Made by a program: the position numbers and the translations under genes. 64,000 nt of DNA from the human T2T-CHM13v2.0 reference genome, Homo sapiens, in the NCBI RefSeq assembly GCF_009914755.1, contig NC_060941.1; one strand, 5' to 3'. Shown here in pieces: positions 1 to 14,114 of this stretch; the first letter of the stretch is position 1; the number at the start of each line of letters is the position of its first letter. The notes beneath the pieces were generated by a model, which worked only from the letters and a program-made list of their open reading frames with translations, searched no databases and was not told the DNA's origin.

Positions 1-300
<300 letters not shown>

Positions 301-746
301 TCATCAGGAGGAAAGTCCCTATTATGGCTAATTCTCAGCCTAGTATTCTAGAATTTCTGCAATTTGGGTTTACCACACATTTAATATCATTTCTCATAAA
401 ATTTACAAGAGTCATTCTTCCTGCTGTCCCCAGGTATACCACGTTTATTACTCTCTCCACACCTTCACTCTGCCCTTTTTCCCCCCGAAATTCCTTCTTT
501 GTCTACTTTTTCTTGACCTGGTCTTACTCAATTCTCAAAGCCTCTCCAATTTACACTCCTTTCAAGAAAGGTGTACTGATCATTCCAACTCTACTGTAAT
601 CCCTAACTTCCCTGAATTTCAGAACTTTAGTGTCTATTCCTCATTTGCCATTCCTGTTAATTCAAGAAACATCTAGTGAGTACCTATGATTGTCAGTAAG
701 TATTCTAAGCATTGAGGGTACAAAGTTCCTGTTTTCCATGAAGTTA

Positions 747-841
747 TTAGGGGTGGGCGCAAAAGTAATTGTGGGTTTTGCTGTTAAGTAATGGCAAAAC
801 CATTAACAGCAAAACCCACAATCACTTTTGTGTAAACCTAA
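747..841. mobile_element. MADE1 (Hsmar1-derived MITE; miR-548-type hairpin)
   Basis: ttagg..gcaaaagtaattgtgg ... ccacaatcacttttg..aacctaa terminal inverted repeats; TA duplications at 745-746 and 842-843. Confidence 0.9.
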
Positions 842-1274
842 TACATTCTCCGGGAGGGAGACAGAGAAAAGGAAAGAACTGAATTCAAATATATAAGAAA
901 AATTGGAGAAAAGTACTCTGTGATATAGAGGGTGAGGTAGTAAAGTGACTAGAAGAACATATGAGATTGTATGACAGTGATGGTCTCTGAAATTATGACA
1001 CTTAATCAGAGATTTAAATAAAAATAATTGGCTTCATGAAGATCAGCAGTGGTAGTATTTCAGGTGGATTCAAAGACTGAAAGTTGGCAGAAATAAGTTT
1101 GGCTTCTTTAAGAAAACTAAAAGTGGCCAATAGGTGTGATAATAGTAGATACAGGGGAGAGGCAGGCTAAAAATGAGGCCGGACAATGTAAGTAGCGGCC
1201 CAAGAGAAAGGTGGTGGTGGCTTCAACTAGGGCAGTGCTGGTGAAAATAGAACATCATAAGATTTAGATGAAGC

Positions 1275-1660
<386 letters not shown>

Positions 1661-3164
1661 TTAGTCTGAGTGACTAGATGTTGACAGTTACTGAGATGAC
1701 CAGGGAGACTAAGGGAGTAATTTGGGAGCATCTTCAGTCTCCTCATGGCTGCAACACTTTCTTTGTATATTTTTAACATATATTTTGCTATTACTTCTCT
1801 CTCCCTGACTAAATTAAAGCTGTCTCAAGGGTAAAAATGTTGTGCTTTGTCTTCCATAATGCAACACATATCGTAGGTACACTGGCACAGTGTTTGACAA
1901 ATATTTGCTTAATAAATCTAGGAAAGGGAGAATGACATGTGAACCTCCATTTATAAATGTTATTTACAAGTTTTATAGAAATATTCACTCTGATGACTAC
2001 CCTCTATGATTTCCTTGGAATAAGTTTAATGATAAAAGGTCCTTAGAATTCAAAGAAGAGTGTAACTCAATAATAGTGGAACACAAAAGAAAAGGGACAA
2101 AAAGATTACCTCTAATCTCTGTAATTTTAAGAGGGTAACTATAATTTTGCTTCTTTCACCAAACATTACGTCTTGTTTTTTCATTCTTATTTTTAATGTA
2201 CAGATACTAGTTATTTTAGTAGCTATGCCATAATTTACCAATTATTCCTTCCCTATTGGTTATCTAGTTGTTTGAATACTGCACTTAACCTTCTCAGGTA
2301 CAAAGCTTCCCTCACTCATCCTCTTTTAGACCTTTCTTTAGCACAGTGAGCCAAAATCACAGTCAAGGGACAGAAGTATATATGTTGAGTTACTTTGTAA
2401 AAAATGTTATAACAATCTGCATTGCCACAAAAGTATAAATTATTATTTCTCAAAGGAAAATTCTGGTGGTACTTTCAGGATAACTACATAATAAAATAAT
2501 GCTAACCATTTAAATATAATTTTGACTTCTGACAAATAGGCAACTTAAGAAGCATCATTAGTCTAATGAATGAATCTGTTCTGTCATCAGCTCATGAGAT
2601 GGACATTTCATAGAAATCTATTCCATATTTTTACTATTATTTATCTGTTTGGAATCAGGTATAGATTTATTCTCTGTAAATATTGTAGCTCCTTTTTGTA
2701 GTAGAGTGTATTTATGTTTTTAAACAGATGGATGAAACTTCAGATCCCAAGAGTACAAGTCCATGCCTAGGTTCATGCAGCCTCCCATAAATCATAGCAA
2801 TAAGGAAAATGTGTATGTGCTATATTCAGAATGCTAGGAGCATACTAATAACTCCATTTTTAAACTACAATTGGAAATAAACTACTGGTAATTCCTAAAA
2901 TCAATGGGTCAGTCAATTGTGGGGTTAATCTCATGTCACATAAAACTTTCTATTACAGCTGAAATCTCTGAATGAGACTAAAATCTCCTTGTATCTCTCT
3001 TAAGCTTGAATTCAGCAAGGCTAAATGCAACGAAAAGAAAGAAATCCAGCAGAATTGTTGGTTTGGGAGGCAGTGTGAAATGATGGAAAATACATGGCAC
3101 CCTGGGGTTAAATCACAAATTTGCTACTAATTGTGTCACTTTGGGCGAATTATTTCATCTCTTT

Positions 3165-3725
3165 TTAAAAAATGTTTATTTGTATAAATTTAAAAAGTAC
3201 AAATGCAGTTTTTTAAATACAGATATATTGCTTAGTGGTGAAGTCTAGGCTTTTAGTGTAACCCTCACCTTAATGGGTATATTATACTCCTTAAGGAATT
3301 TCCCATCCCTCATCCCCCTCACTCTCCCACCCTTCCAAGTCTCCAATGTCTATTATTCCACTATGTCCATGTGTATACATTTATAGCTTATAGCTCTCAC
3401 TTATAAGTATTTGTGATATTTGACTTTCTGTTTCTGAGTTATTTCACTTAAGCTAATGGTCTTCAGTTCCATCCATGTTGCTGCAAAAGATGTGATTTCA
3501 TTCTTTTTTATGGCTGAGTAGTATTCCACGGTATGGATATACCCCATTTTCTTTACGCACTTACCCATTGATAGAGACTTATGTTGATTCCATATCTTTG
3601 CTATTGTGAACAGTACTGCTATAAACATATGAATTCAGTTATCTTTCTGATGTAATTATTTCTTTTTTAGAGTAGATACCCAATACTGTGACTGCAGATT
3701 GAATGGTAGTCTATTTTTAGTTACC
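3165..3725 (-). mobile_element. L1MA-type LINE-1 3' end (ORF2 C-terminus remnant and 3' UTR)
   Basis: ORF 3401-3628 reads FIAVLFTIAKIWNQ...EYYSAIKKNEI.SFAATWMEL, the L1 ORF2p C-terminus. Confidence 0.9.
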
Positions 3726-4469
3726 AAGAAAACTCCTCTAAATTGTGAGCCAACTTGTGGAAGAAAAAAGATAGCCCTCCCTGACTGAAAAAAGACTTAA
3801 AGAGCCTCTGAGGACATTCGTGCCATTTGTGAGTCAAAGTACAGTCACTGAAGAAACTTGGGGAACAGAATATAAGACTTGCAGCAGGAAAAAAACTGAT
3901 TCAGGGAACTCATGCAGGAAACATGTGGTCTTCGCTGGGACAAAGCCCAGAGAAAGCCCAATGCCCGGTAGAAAAGTAGGCAAAATGACCTATTAAGTCA
4001 ATTTGCCATGGTGGGACATAAAGCCACATGCAAACCATAGGAAAAGGCCAGGGCAGATTTATTTTTTATGTATATCATAGCTCAACATAGTTTTGTCCTT
4101 CATTCTGATTCTGATCCACACAGCATTTGCTGAGCATGCACTATATGACAGGTGCTGTCACATACTTATAAGTGGTAGAGCCAGTGAATTATGACCATAT
4201 CTGGGCTTTCCACACAAGCCAAACTGGAGTTTCATTATATAAATAACCAAGACCAAACTAAAATTTGGAACTTGAATTGTCTGGAGAGTTGTATCTGAGG
4301 AGATTTGAGGACCATCCCTATCTCAGCTACTACTTCAATGAGGATGATTCTCAAATTTATATTCCCCACCTGGATTTTTTATTCCAGTTCCATGCAAGCT
4401 TTTCAGCAGCCTACTAATTAGAATACTGCTATTTTCCAGGACCTCATGATCACAACTGTCTTCTGCCCC

Positions 4470-4893
4470 TGTGGCAAAAATAGTGCTACTAAATCTCCCA
4501 ATATTTATTTCCCCTTCTTCCTTAACAAGGAAAACTCTGGTTTTAGTAAGACATCACAGAATACAGACTATATTAGCCATATCTCCTTTGTAGGTAGGTG
4601 TGGACATGTGAATAAGTTCTGGTTAATGAGATGTTAGAAAATGTATAAGAGTTCCAGGAAGTGCTAAAAGAAAATGCTATGCCTCTCCTCACCTCTTCCA
4701 GCAAGCCGGGATGTGGACATCATAGCTAGACTTCAAATAGCCATCCTGAACCATCATGCAAATGCCTTATTTTCAGCATCAAGATAGAAAGAGCTGGGAT
4801 CCCTGCATGGCCTACATTTATAAGATATAAATAAATCTCCATCTTATTTAGACTTATCCATCACTCATAGCTGAAACTAATCCTAGCTGATAC
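4470..4893 (+). mobile_element. MLT1J-like MaLR solo LTR inserted in an L2 remnant
   Basis: tgtggca...ccccttcttcctt...gtaggtgtggacatgtgaataagttctggttaatgagatg...ctaatcctagctgataca. Confidence 0.7.
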
Positions 4894-5974
4894 ACACTTG
4901 CCTTCAATACCCATGGAGTGAAGACATTGACTCTACTTCTGCTATAGCTCTAATCCATTCTTTCCTTCACATTTCTACTGCCTAGACACAGATCCTAGAC
5001 AAAGGCCCTCAGTGATTACTTAAATGGCCAATTATAGTGGCCTAATAACTGGACTCCTATGTCCATCCATGCTCCCTGCTGTGGTCTTCACACCTCCTGC
5101 ATGATTATGTTTCCTGTTTACAGCAGCACTGTGTCCATGTCGTCTTTCACTTTTGAGGGGTAGTGAAAGACATGCACAGAGTCTTCCTATGAAGCTCATT
5201 TACCAGCTATTTACACAGCCAGGTCCAAACTCATTGACCATCTTTCAAGTCTCTCTGCAAAGCCCTTCAATGACTCCCTATTGGTTACACGATAATGTGC
5301 AAGTGTTCCAATGAAACTTTCAACAAACTGTATGGTGTGGTTAACTTATCTGTTTTCCAAAACTCATCCTATCTCCTTTGGGCATCTTTTCTCTGTGCTC
5401 TCATGGCATTTATTATATACATTTACTTATAACATATATATTTTTCTTAAATAACCTCTTCATGAGATTGTCCTCCTGTCAGAATAGGTGCCCTGTAAAT
5501 GTATTTGGACTGAAGTAAATTTAGACATTTGTTTCTCACTGACCAACCCTAGTCAGACTGAACTATCTGCTCTTGGTGATGTTTGCCATGTGTTCACACT
5601 ATTTACTTTTACTGGAATATCATATTCTTTACTGTATATCCAAAGTAAACCAATATTTCAAGTGTTTGCTCAAACACTACCTTCTAAAAACCTTCCGTGG
5701 TTTCTCCAGATAAAAGAAAGCTCTATTATAATCTCTGAAGTTTCTTACCATATTGTATACAATTTATTTCATTTCAGTCCAATTCGATATGATTCAATTC
5801 AATCAAATCCAGAAAATATTAATATTTAGAACATACTCATTATGTTTGCATACTCATTCTAGGTCTTTATTTTGGAGTGGTTTACAGTGCAATGAGAAAT
5901 AAGGGGATGTCTTTAATATATTCTAGGCTAAAGTGTATGCAATATACAAATTAAGATAATGATAGTGTTGACAA

Positions 5975-6345
5975 TGCTAGTTTACCTGCGAGAACAGGCA
6001 AACTCTAAAATCTCAATGGCATAGTACAAGTTTATTTCTCATACATATAAATTTCCAAACTGGTTTTCCTGATTGGCATATAGCTCTCCAAGTCAGGGCC
6101 CAGGTTTCTTCTGTCCTGTGGCTCTGCTATCTGCAATACAAGACTTCAAAGGCCGCTATGCTGTGTAGGTCAAGCCAGAATGGAAAAAAGCGTGGAGGAT
6201 TTTTCAAAAGTTGTTTTCCTGGCTTAAACCTAGAAATAATATTCACTACTTCTGCCCACATTTCATTGACTAGAACTTGGCCTCTTTAATACAACTAAAT
6301 GTAAAAGGAGGCTAGGGAAATGTAGTCCAGCTGTGGACTACACAG
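5975..6345 (-). mobile_element. Old MLT1 (J/K-like) LTR fragment
   Basis: aaaatctcaatggc..aagtttatttctc...cccaggtttcttctgtcctgtggctctgc...cactacttctgcccacatttcattg...ggaggctagggaaatgtagtc. Confidence 0.65.
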
Positions 6346-6891
6346 TGGTGTTGGATTGGATAGAACTGAGGGAAGTCTTGTAGAATCCCTCACACACAAT
6401 GACACTGAAGAGAATTTGAAAGTTTTCCACTCCCTTAAAATGGACCAAGAAGAGGAGTAAATATTTTTTGGAGAACATGCAGCCAGAGTGGTTATAACTT
6501 CTAATTTGTCTAGAATATTCTATTTGCATTTGTTGTCCCAATATTGTTATAAAATGGGGTCTCAAAGATGTCCCAGTTTAGATGATAAATTATGTGATCA
6601 TCTCTACACTTAGCAGTCTTTTCCACATGCAGCTTTAGCCATTTTGAAGACTCTGTTGTAGGGCATTTAGGTTTCTACCAGATTATCCACATATTGACCC
6701 ATATTTTGTCTTGTGTGTTTGTTGCCTAAATGAAATCAAGAATGTGCACCTTCTCTCAATCCTCCTACAACCTATCTCTTTCCCCTGCTTTCTTACTCAC
6801 CATTTGCCAGCCAATAAGTCAATACAAACAACTCAATTGGCTACAGAAGACACAATTACTAGAAACCTGATGACCCAGATACCTTTTCTTG

Positions 6892-7211
<320 letters not shown>

Positions 7212-7732
7212 TTAAATGCTAGACAAAAAGAGGCAAATGTCAAGAAAGTAAGATTAGAGAAATTAAAGGTTCAGTGGTAGAAGGTATGGAGAATGGTTCC
7301 TTCTTCCCTGAATAACTTTTCTTCAACAGCAAATATTCAACATGACTCCCTATGCTGTCTTCAATTCTGTTCTATACAGTGAGAATAGCTGCCGGAATGA
7401 GTTGTATTACAACATATTGAATATAATAAGTTGTAATTATCTTATACAGAAATTATTTAATTACATTTAATTTTCTCCTAAATATGAAACAGCATGTTCA
7501 GAAAAATGAAAATACAACATAGAATTATACATGTGAAAGGGAGATTTAAGACAGTGTTTTATGCCCCCCTTATTTATCAGATGGGGAAACAGAGTCCTAG
7601 AGGAATAAAAACTTTCAGAAGAGTTAACGGTAGAAGCCAACACTATGAGGTCTCTGGTGACCAAATTGCTGCTCTATCAACTACATACAAAAGGATTTTA
7701 AAAGGAGCTGAAGGCCATTATCCTTAGTCATA

Positions 7733-8000
7733 GGACCAGAACACCAAATACCACATGTTTTCACAAGTGGGAGCTAAATGATGAGAGCACATGGACACAT
7801 AGCAGGGAACAACATGCACTGGGGCCTATTGGAGGATGGAGGGTGGGGAAAAGGGAGAGGATCAGGAAAAACAACAAATGGGTTCTAGGCTTACCACCTG
7901 GGTGATGAAATAATCTGTAAAACAAGCCCTCTTGACACAAGTTTACCTATGTAACAAACCTGCACATGTACCCTTGAACTTAAAAAAAGTTTAAAAAAAA
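7733..8000 (+). mobile_element. Old L1PA (about PA15-16) 3' UTR fragment
   Basis: accaaataccacatg...gggagctaaatgatgag...aaacctgcacatgtaccc..aacttaaa plus A-tail; TSD agtcata at 7726-7732 and 8001-8007. Confidence 0.85.
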
Positions 8001-9265
8001 AGTCATAAAAGGAAGAATTAGTTGTCAGCTAAACAGAACATCTGAATTCAGTTATTTAGGATAATTAGTTCAGTAGTCAGCAAACTCCAAAGTTTTTAAA
8101 TATCACATGCAGTCATTCTACCTAAGAAATGTGTAACAATGAGATTCTGTCTTGTTGGCTTATAGAAAAGTGACTCTAGAGGAGTATGTGCACCCTGTAT
8201 AGGAAAATTGAGTGGAAGAACAGTTTGGCAAGCTCCTGGGTCACAAGTTACAGTAAGCACCTTTTGTTCTTCCATTATTCACCTCCAGCACTCTACCACA
8301 TAACCTCAAGATCTACTCACTTTGTACATCAAAGACAGATTATTACAAATGAAAAGAATGAACCAATAGGAACTGCTTTCCTTGAGATCCCCCTCTAAAA
8401 GTTAATCTTTCAAGGAACAAAGGAAAATGCACTTCAAAATAGGCATTTTCCCCCTCAAACAATAGGTTTTCTCAAATTTCTGAGAATGCCAAGAACACTG
8501 TGTTTTTGTTATAAATGTTACATGCCAGCATATGATTACAAAAGCAAGAAATGAAAAGAAAAAAACCCTTACACTTTTTAAAATCACAGGTGAGGCAGAT
8601 GCCATTTGTAAGAGCTACAACATCCTTAACTTTCAGAAAAGAAAAAATTACCAAGCACAAAAGTGAAAAATACACTATAGATTATATACAAATCTGTCAA
8701 TAAAATGCTTTCATCATGGTGGCCAGGTTTCACAGATTATGCTTTGTTTAGAAAGTAAGCAATTCCATCATTAGGCTAATGCTCCACAGTGCTACAATTC
8801 TACTTCCTTTGGAACAGGCAGGATCATGTAATCACGAATTTCAAAAGATGGGCAAAACCAGACACAGAAAACGTTCCACATGCTGCTGATGCAAATGTTG
8901 TACTCTAATTTTCAAGGTCAAAAAGATAGGATAGGAAGATTACAGAAGTGTGCAAGAAATACACCAATATTGACCTTAACTGAGTTTTTGTGTCACTATG
9001 TGTACACTTACTATGGTGTTCAATGAAAAGATGCTGGTCTTGGTGAGTGTACAATGTGTGAAAGTGTCACCACAGGGACCAAGGGTGGGCTGGCATTAGG
9101 TCTTGGACTTGAGTTGGATTCCAAGGTTTTCTTAGCAGCCAAAAGTTAGCCAAGAGAAGAAATAAAAATAGCTAACATTTAAATAGCTTTTATAGGAAGG
9201 CACTGTTCTAAGCATTTTATATATGTATTGACTCATTAAATTCACATCAACTCTCTTTTGTGTTA

Positions 9266-9460
9266 CAGTATTCCTGCCTTCTCTGCAGGGGATTATGTTC
9301 CAAGAACCTCAGTGGATGCCTGAAGTCTCAGATAGCTGGTGACTATTTATACTGTTTTTTTTTTCCCTCTATACGTAGACACTTATGATAAAGTTTAATT
9401 TACAAATTAGGCATTGTAAGACATTAACAACAATAGCTAGTAAACAATAGAACAGTGATA
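9266..9460 (-). mobile_element. MER44/Tigger7 DNA transposon fragment
   Basis: cagta...gcaggggattatgttccaagaacctcagtggatgcctgaa...atgataaagtttaatttacaaattaggca. Confidence 0.75.
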
Positions 9461-9469
9461 ATATGAAAT

Positions 9470-11060
9470 GTATATATATTTTATATGACATTTATAATAT
9501 ACATATTTTAAAACTCTCAAAACTATAAATTTTATGCATGCATGCATATGTGGTAAAGTTATAAAACCATGGATACATATTAACTTGGAGAAATTGGTTC
9601 TCTATCTTGAGAAGAAGGGAGAGATGGGGAATACAATTTGGAAAGGATACACAGATTACTAAAATTTTATTTATTTGAAAATATCAGAAACAAATATGGC
9701 AAAATGTTAATATTTGCTATTTTAGAATGATGAGTTATTAGTATTTCACGTATTCTCAGTAGTTTTTCCAGTATGCTTAAAAGAAGCCATGATTTTAAAA
9801 TAGGCAAGGAAAAATAGGTATAGTTGTAAACAAACAAGTTATTAAGTAACTGTAAACGTGTTTTTAAAAATTAGCTAGAAAAAAGCAACCTCAGAAGGGA
9901 AGAGTAAGATAGATAAATCAGTAAGATAGAGATCAGTGAGAATCTTCATAGTTCAAAAGTGATAGGCCAAGTAGGCGTCAATTCTTAAATAGATGTAGTT
10001 TTAATGAAATCCTAATTCAGTAACATTAAGGGATTCTTCAGTAACTTAAAACTGTTTCCAAAATTACATGGAAGAACAAACAAGATTTTTTAAAAAGACT
10101 TACTTGTAGAGATATCAAAACTTTATAAAGTTATAATAACTAATATGATGAGGTATTGATAAGTAATTGACAGATCAATTAAACAGCATTGATGATGCTG
10201 AAATATTCCCTAGCATATTTTTGTATAAGATATAACAGTGTAAATATCAAAATCTACAGCAAAGAAGTGGACTATTTAACAATTACTAAGAAAATTGGCT
10301 AATTGTAACAAAAATTATTATATTTGTCATAATATACATCCTGGATAGATTTAAAAGTTAAATGTAAAATGAAAATTTTAAAATAGGTAAATAGAATATA
10401 ACTATTTTTTTCTGTAAATACAGCATCTTTAAGTTAATGTAGGTTCCTCTTTGTCCTAAACCTAAGGGTTTTTTATGCATTCTAGGTAGACCAGCAGTCT
10501 AACTCTCACAGAACATTCAGAGAAATTAAAATAAATTCTGCCCACACCCCTACATGAGATGAACTGGAACGTGGTGTAAAACTGGGTTACAGATCTATGT
10601 AGATTATCTGATGATCTGGGCTTCTTTAAAGGAAAGATAAGTGGATACCCCAGGGAAGTTACCATGAACCAAGGAAGACAAAGATTTATGTAAATAGCTG
10701 CTGACTACACACTCTTTTTAGTAAACTTACAAATAACAGGATTTTGAACAATACAGCATTAGCTAAATATATTATGGAACACTCACACTAAGAAATATTA
10801 AATAATGTTTTTTGAAGATTATGTAAAGACAGAAAAATCCTCACCAAAAAATACTATCTGAAAAAAATCAGGATATAAAAAAGTATATAAAATATGATCC
10901 TAATTTTGAGAAGGAAAAAATATCTGGAAGGAAATACAACCAAATGTTAAGTGAGGTTATTTTCAAGTGTTATGATGATGAAGTGAAGTTAATTTTCTAA
11001 CCATTATTTTCCAACTTTTTGTAATGTGTATTTTTTATGATTAGGATAAAAATGGTATAA
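9470..11060 (+). mobile_element. Cluster of ancient L1M fragments
   Basis: AT-rich L1M-like motifs (aaaattacatggaagaacaaa; gatatcaaaactttataaag; ggactatttaacaa; ctggaaggaaatacaaccaaatgttaa); boundaries approximate. Confidence 0.55.
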
Positions 11061-11804
11061 AAATTTTTAAAAAGGCAAAACCTCCCACTGTGTGCTGAGC
11101 TTCCCCGAACCAGTGAACTAGATTTCACTGAGGACCCTAACAACTTCTCAGTGGTAAAAATAATGAGTTTTCCCAACATTAAGATTTAATTTTCAGTGGT
11201 ATAGATGGGAGCAAGAAAGCCCAAAGGACATTGACCGTTTCTGAGCCTAATTTCTCACTCCCGCACATTGGCCACTGTGCTGCTGGCTAAACAATTTCCC
11301 CCCATTCTCAGTTACTCGTTTTGCTCATGCATAAAAGATACATGTTAAATCAGAGAAACCACCCTAAGGGTGATTGATGAGGAGGACAGCCTGGAGAGTT
11401 ACTTCAAGCTCTAAGCTCAGGGAACTTGGTAACACTTTGGACTCAATTTTGATTTGCAGTTGTACAAGACAATGAACATTGCTGTTGGAGGGGGACCTTG
11501 CTGTATACACTAGAATTCAATTTAGCAGGAAATGGCAAACACTTTAGGGAACCCAAAGACCATCTCCATGATACAGGGTTTCCTAAGAGGACTTCCTAAG
11601 AGGGCTGCACAATGAAACGAATGTGCCCTGGAAAGACCTGCTTTCTGCATAGCCAGTGAGGTTTTATAAGCCATGGGTAAAATGGGATAAATGTTACCTT
11701 TGAAAAGTATATGCCGCCTATGCTCTTCACATAGGGCTTCTAAATCACTACACAAACTTCTACATACCGATATATCTTTCTGTGGGAGGGATGAGTTAAA
11801 ACAA

Positions 11805-11985
11805 CCTGTCTTTCTCTTTCTCTTTCTCCGCCTGTCTGTCTCTGTATTTGTCCCTGTCTCCTTCTGACTCTCTCCTTTGTCTGTTTCTCCCTCTTTGTGT
11901 GCATTTCTATGAGTGTCTGTTTGTATTTTTCTCAGTGTCTATCTCTGTCTCATTCTCTGTATAACATTCCTTCTTTCTTGTCCAC
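11805..11985. repeat. CT-rich low-complexity tract
   Basis: Degenerate (TC)n/(TCTG)n run. Confidence 0.7.
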
Positions 11986-12667
11986 AGAATTTTTTCTTAA
12001 AAGGGAAGGGGACTAATATAGCATTTACTTTTTCTGGCACTATGTTACTTTATATACACTATTTAATTCAAGCCATTCAGCAATCCTAAGAGGAGGAAAA
12101 ACGTTTTTAAGAAAAAACCAAAAACTTTTCTTATAAATCAGGAAACTGAAGCTTACAGAAGAATTTTGTCCAAAGGCCACCTATTCACAGAAAATGGAAG
12201 ATGGCTGTTCGGTAATGAGTCCCCGTGGACCCCGGAGTAACACCCTTCTTAGTATGTGGACATGCTTGCAGAGTGCACCTTCTCCGTGATACAAGGCTAT
12301 TCTTCCTAATCCATGGGCTGGGAAATCCATGGCCTAAGATGCAAACTGACCTAACCCACAGGTATAAAGGCAGCAGAGCAACCAGCCCTCCATCCTTCCC
12401 ACCTCCATTCCTTTCCTGCCAGCTCTCTTTTTCACTTCCTGCAACCTGATTTTCATTCCTGAGACAAAATAAATGTATCCTTCACAGAGTTTTCTGATGT
12501 TGAGGACCCAATGTCCTTCACTCAGTCCTTACTGTACTTGCTCTCTGAGGATTGAATACCATGGAGCTCATCTTCTTAAACTGCTTTTTCCTTAGCTTCT
12601 GTAAGATAATATGGCATTTGATTTCTATCTATTCTCTGTAAAAAATAAAAGGTAAAATAATTTGTCT

Positions 12668-12875
12668 ATGTAAGTCCTCACTTAATGTTGTTGATAGGTT
12701 CTTAGAAACTGGAACTTTAAGCAAAACAATGTATAGTAGGTCCTTCAATAATATCATTTCCTTCAATGTAATGTTTTATCATGTTGACGAGAAAAAAAAT
12801 TGGTTTTGTTTATATGTTGTTTCACTTAAAGTCAGTTTCCAAGAATCTACTGGTAATATTAGTGAGGACATACTG
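12668..12875. mobile_element. MER6B (Tigger-family MITE)
   Basis: Long inverted ends gtaagtcctcacttaatg..gataggttctt.gaaactg / cagtttccaagaatcta...tagtgaggacatactg. Confidence 0.8.
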
Positions 12876-13729
12876 TTCATATATGTATATATGTGTAGAT
12901 ACATATGTACACATACATATATCAGGGAAGTAAAGAGGACATAGTTGGGGAAACCAAGCAACATAGAGATGGGCACATACTAGCTGCTTAATATATTAAT
13001 TTATTGAATTAATGAATTAACCAACTCATAGAATTATCTCCCAATCTTCATCTAAGCAAATCTTTCACTCCAGCCAACTAGAAAAGTGCCCCCTATAAAT
13101 GCAATGTGTTTTCTTGCTCACATTCATAGACCTCATCTGAGGTTTTTCCCTCTTTGTACAAATGCTATTTACATCCTGACCGAAACCATCACCAACCCAT
13201 GGAAAATCTCCTTTGTTGCTGTGAATTGAAACAACTCTTCCTCTCTAAATGTTTATGACAATGTTCACCTATTTAGCAATTTATCCTTTGCTTCCCTGTG
13301 GGGTTTTTAATCATCACTTAACTTTTGTGTTGTTATTTCACTCCTCTCTTGTTGTCATTGTCTCTTCAACTAAGAGAACCATACTTTTGTGTCTTCATTG
13401 TGCCCCTCTAAGAGAAGATGCTAGTATAAATAAATGTTTAATTTATTAATATTTTGAATGCAAGAGACCAGTGCTCCTAAGTATTGCTAGCTTTTATGCA
13501 GTAGAATGGAAAAGAGGGCAATAACTAAATTTTCTGAGAGTCTCCTCTGTACTAGATGTTTTGCAAGTATATCTTGTTTCATTCTCACCAGAAATTTATT
13601 AGGTAGTTTTTACCTTATTTATACATAAAGACACTGAAGTTCAAAGTTACTTGATCAGGGTCATTCATCTGGTAAGTTGGAAAGCTGGGGCCTGAAAGCA
13701 AGATTCAGCTCTAAAGATTACATCCTTAA

Positions 13730-14084
13730 GATGAGTTCATGTCCTTTGCAGGGACATGGATGAAGCTGGAAACCATCATTCTCAGCAAACTATCACAAGA
13801 TCAGAAAACCAAACACCGCATGTTCTCACTCATAAGTGGGAGCTGAACAATGAGAACACATGGACACAGGGAGCGGAACATCACACACTGGAGCCTGCGG
13901 GGTGTGGGGGCTGGGGGAGGAATAACATTAGGAGAAATACCTAATGTAGGTGACGAGTTGATGGGTGAAAACCACCATGGCACATGTATACCTATGTAAG
14001 AAAACTGCACATTCTGCACATGTAACCCATAACTTAAAGTATAATTTAAAAAAAACCTAAATAAATGTATAAAGCAAAAAAAAA
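13730..14084 (+). mobile_element. L1PA7/8-like 3' end
   Basis: Canonical L1PA ORF2 end and 3' UTR with A-tail; 17-bp TSD aaagatta(ca/tg)tccttaa at 13713-13729 and 14085-14101. Confidence 0.9.
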
Positions 14085-14114
14085 AAAGATTATGTCCTTA
14101 AAATTGTGTCACAC

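Noticed and set aside
3401-3628. ORF similar to the L1 ORF2p C-terminus (other L1-derived ORFs at 13756-14019, 14148-14605, 49496-49923)
   Set aside because: Fragments of truncated, inactive L1 copies.
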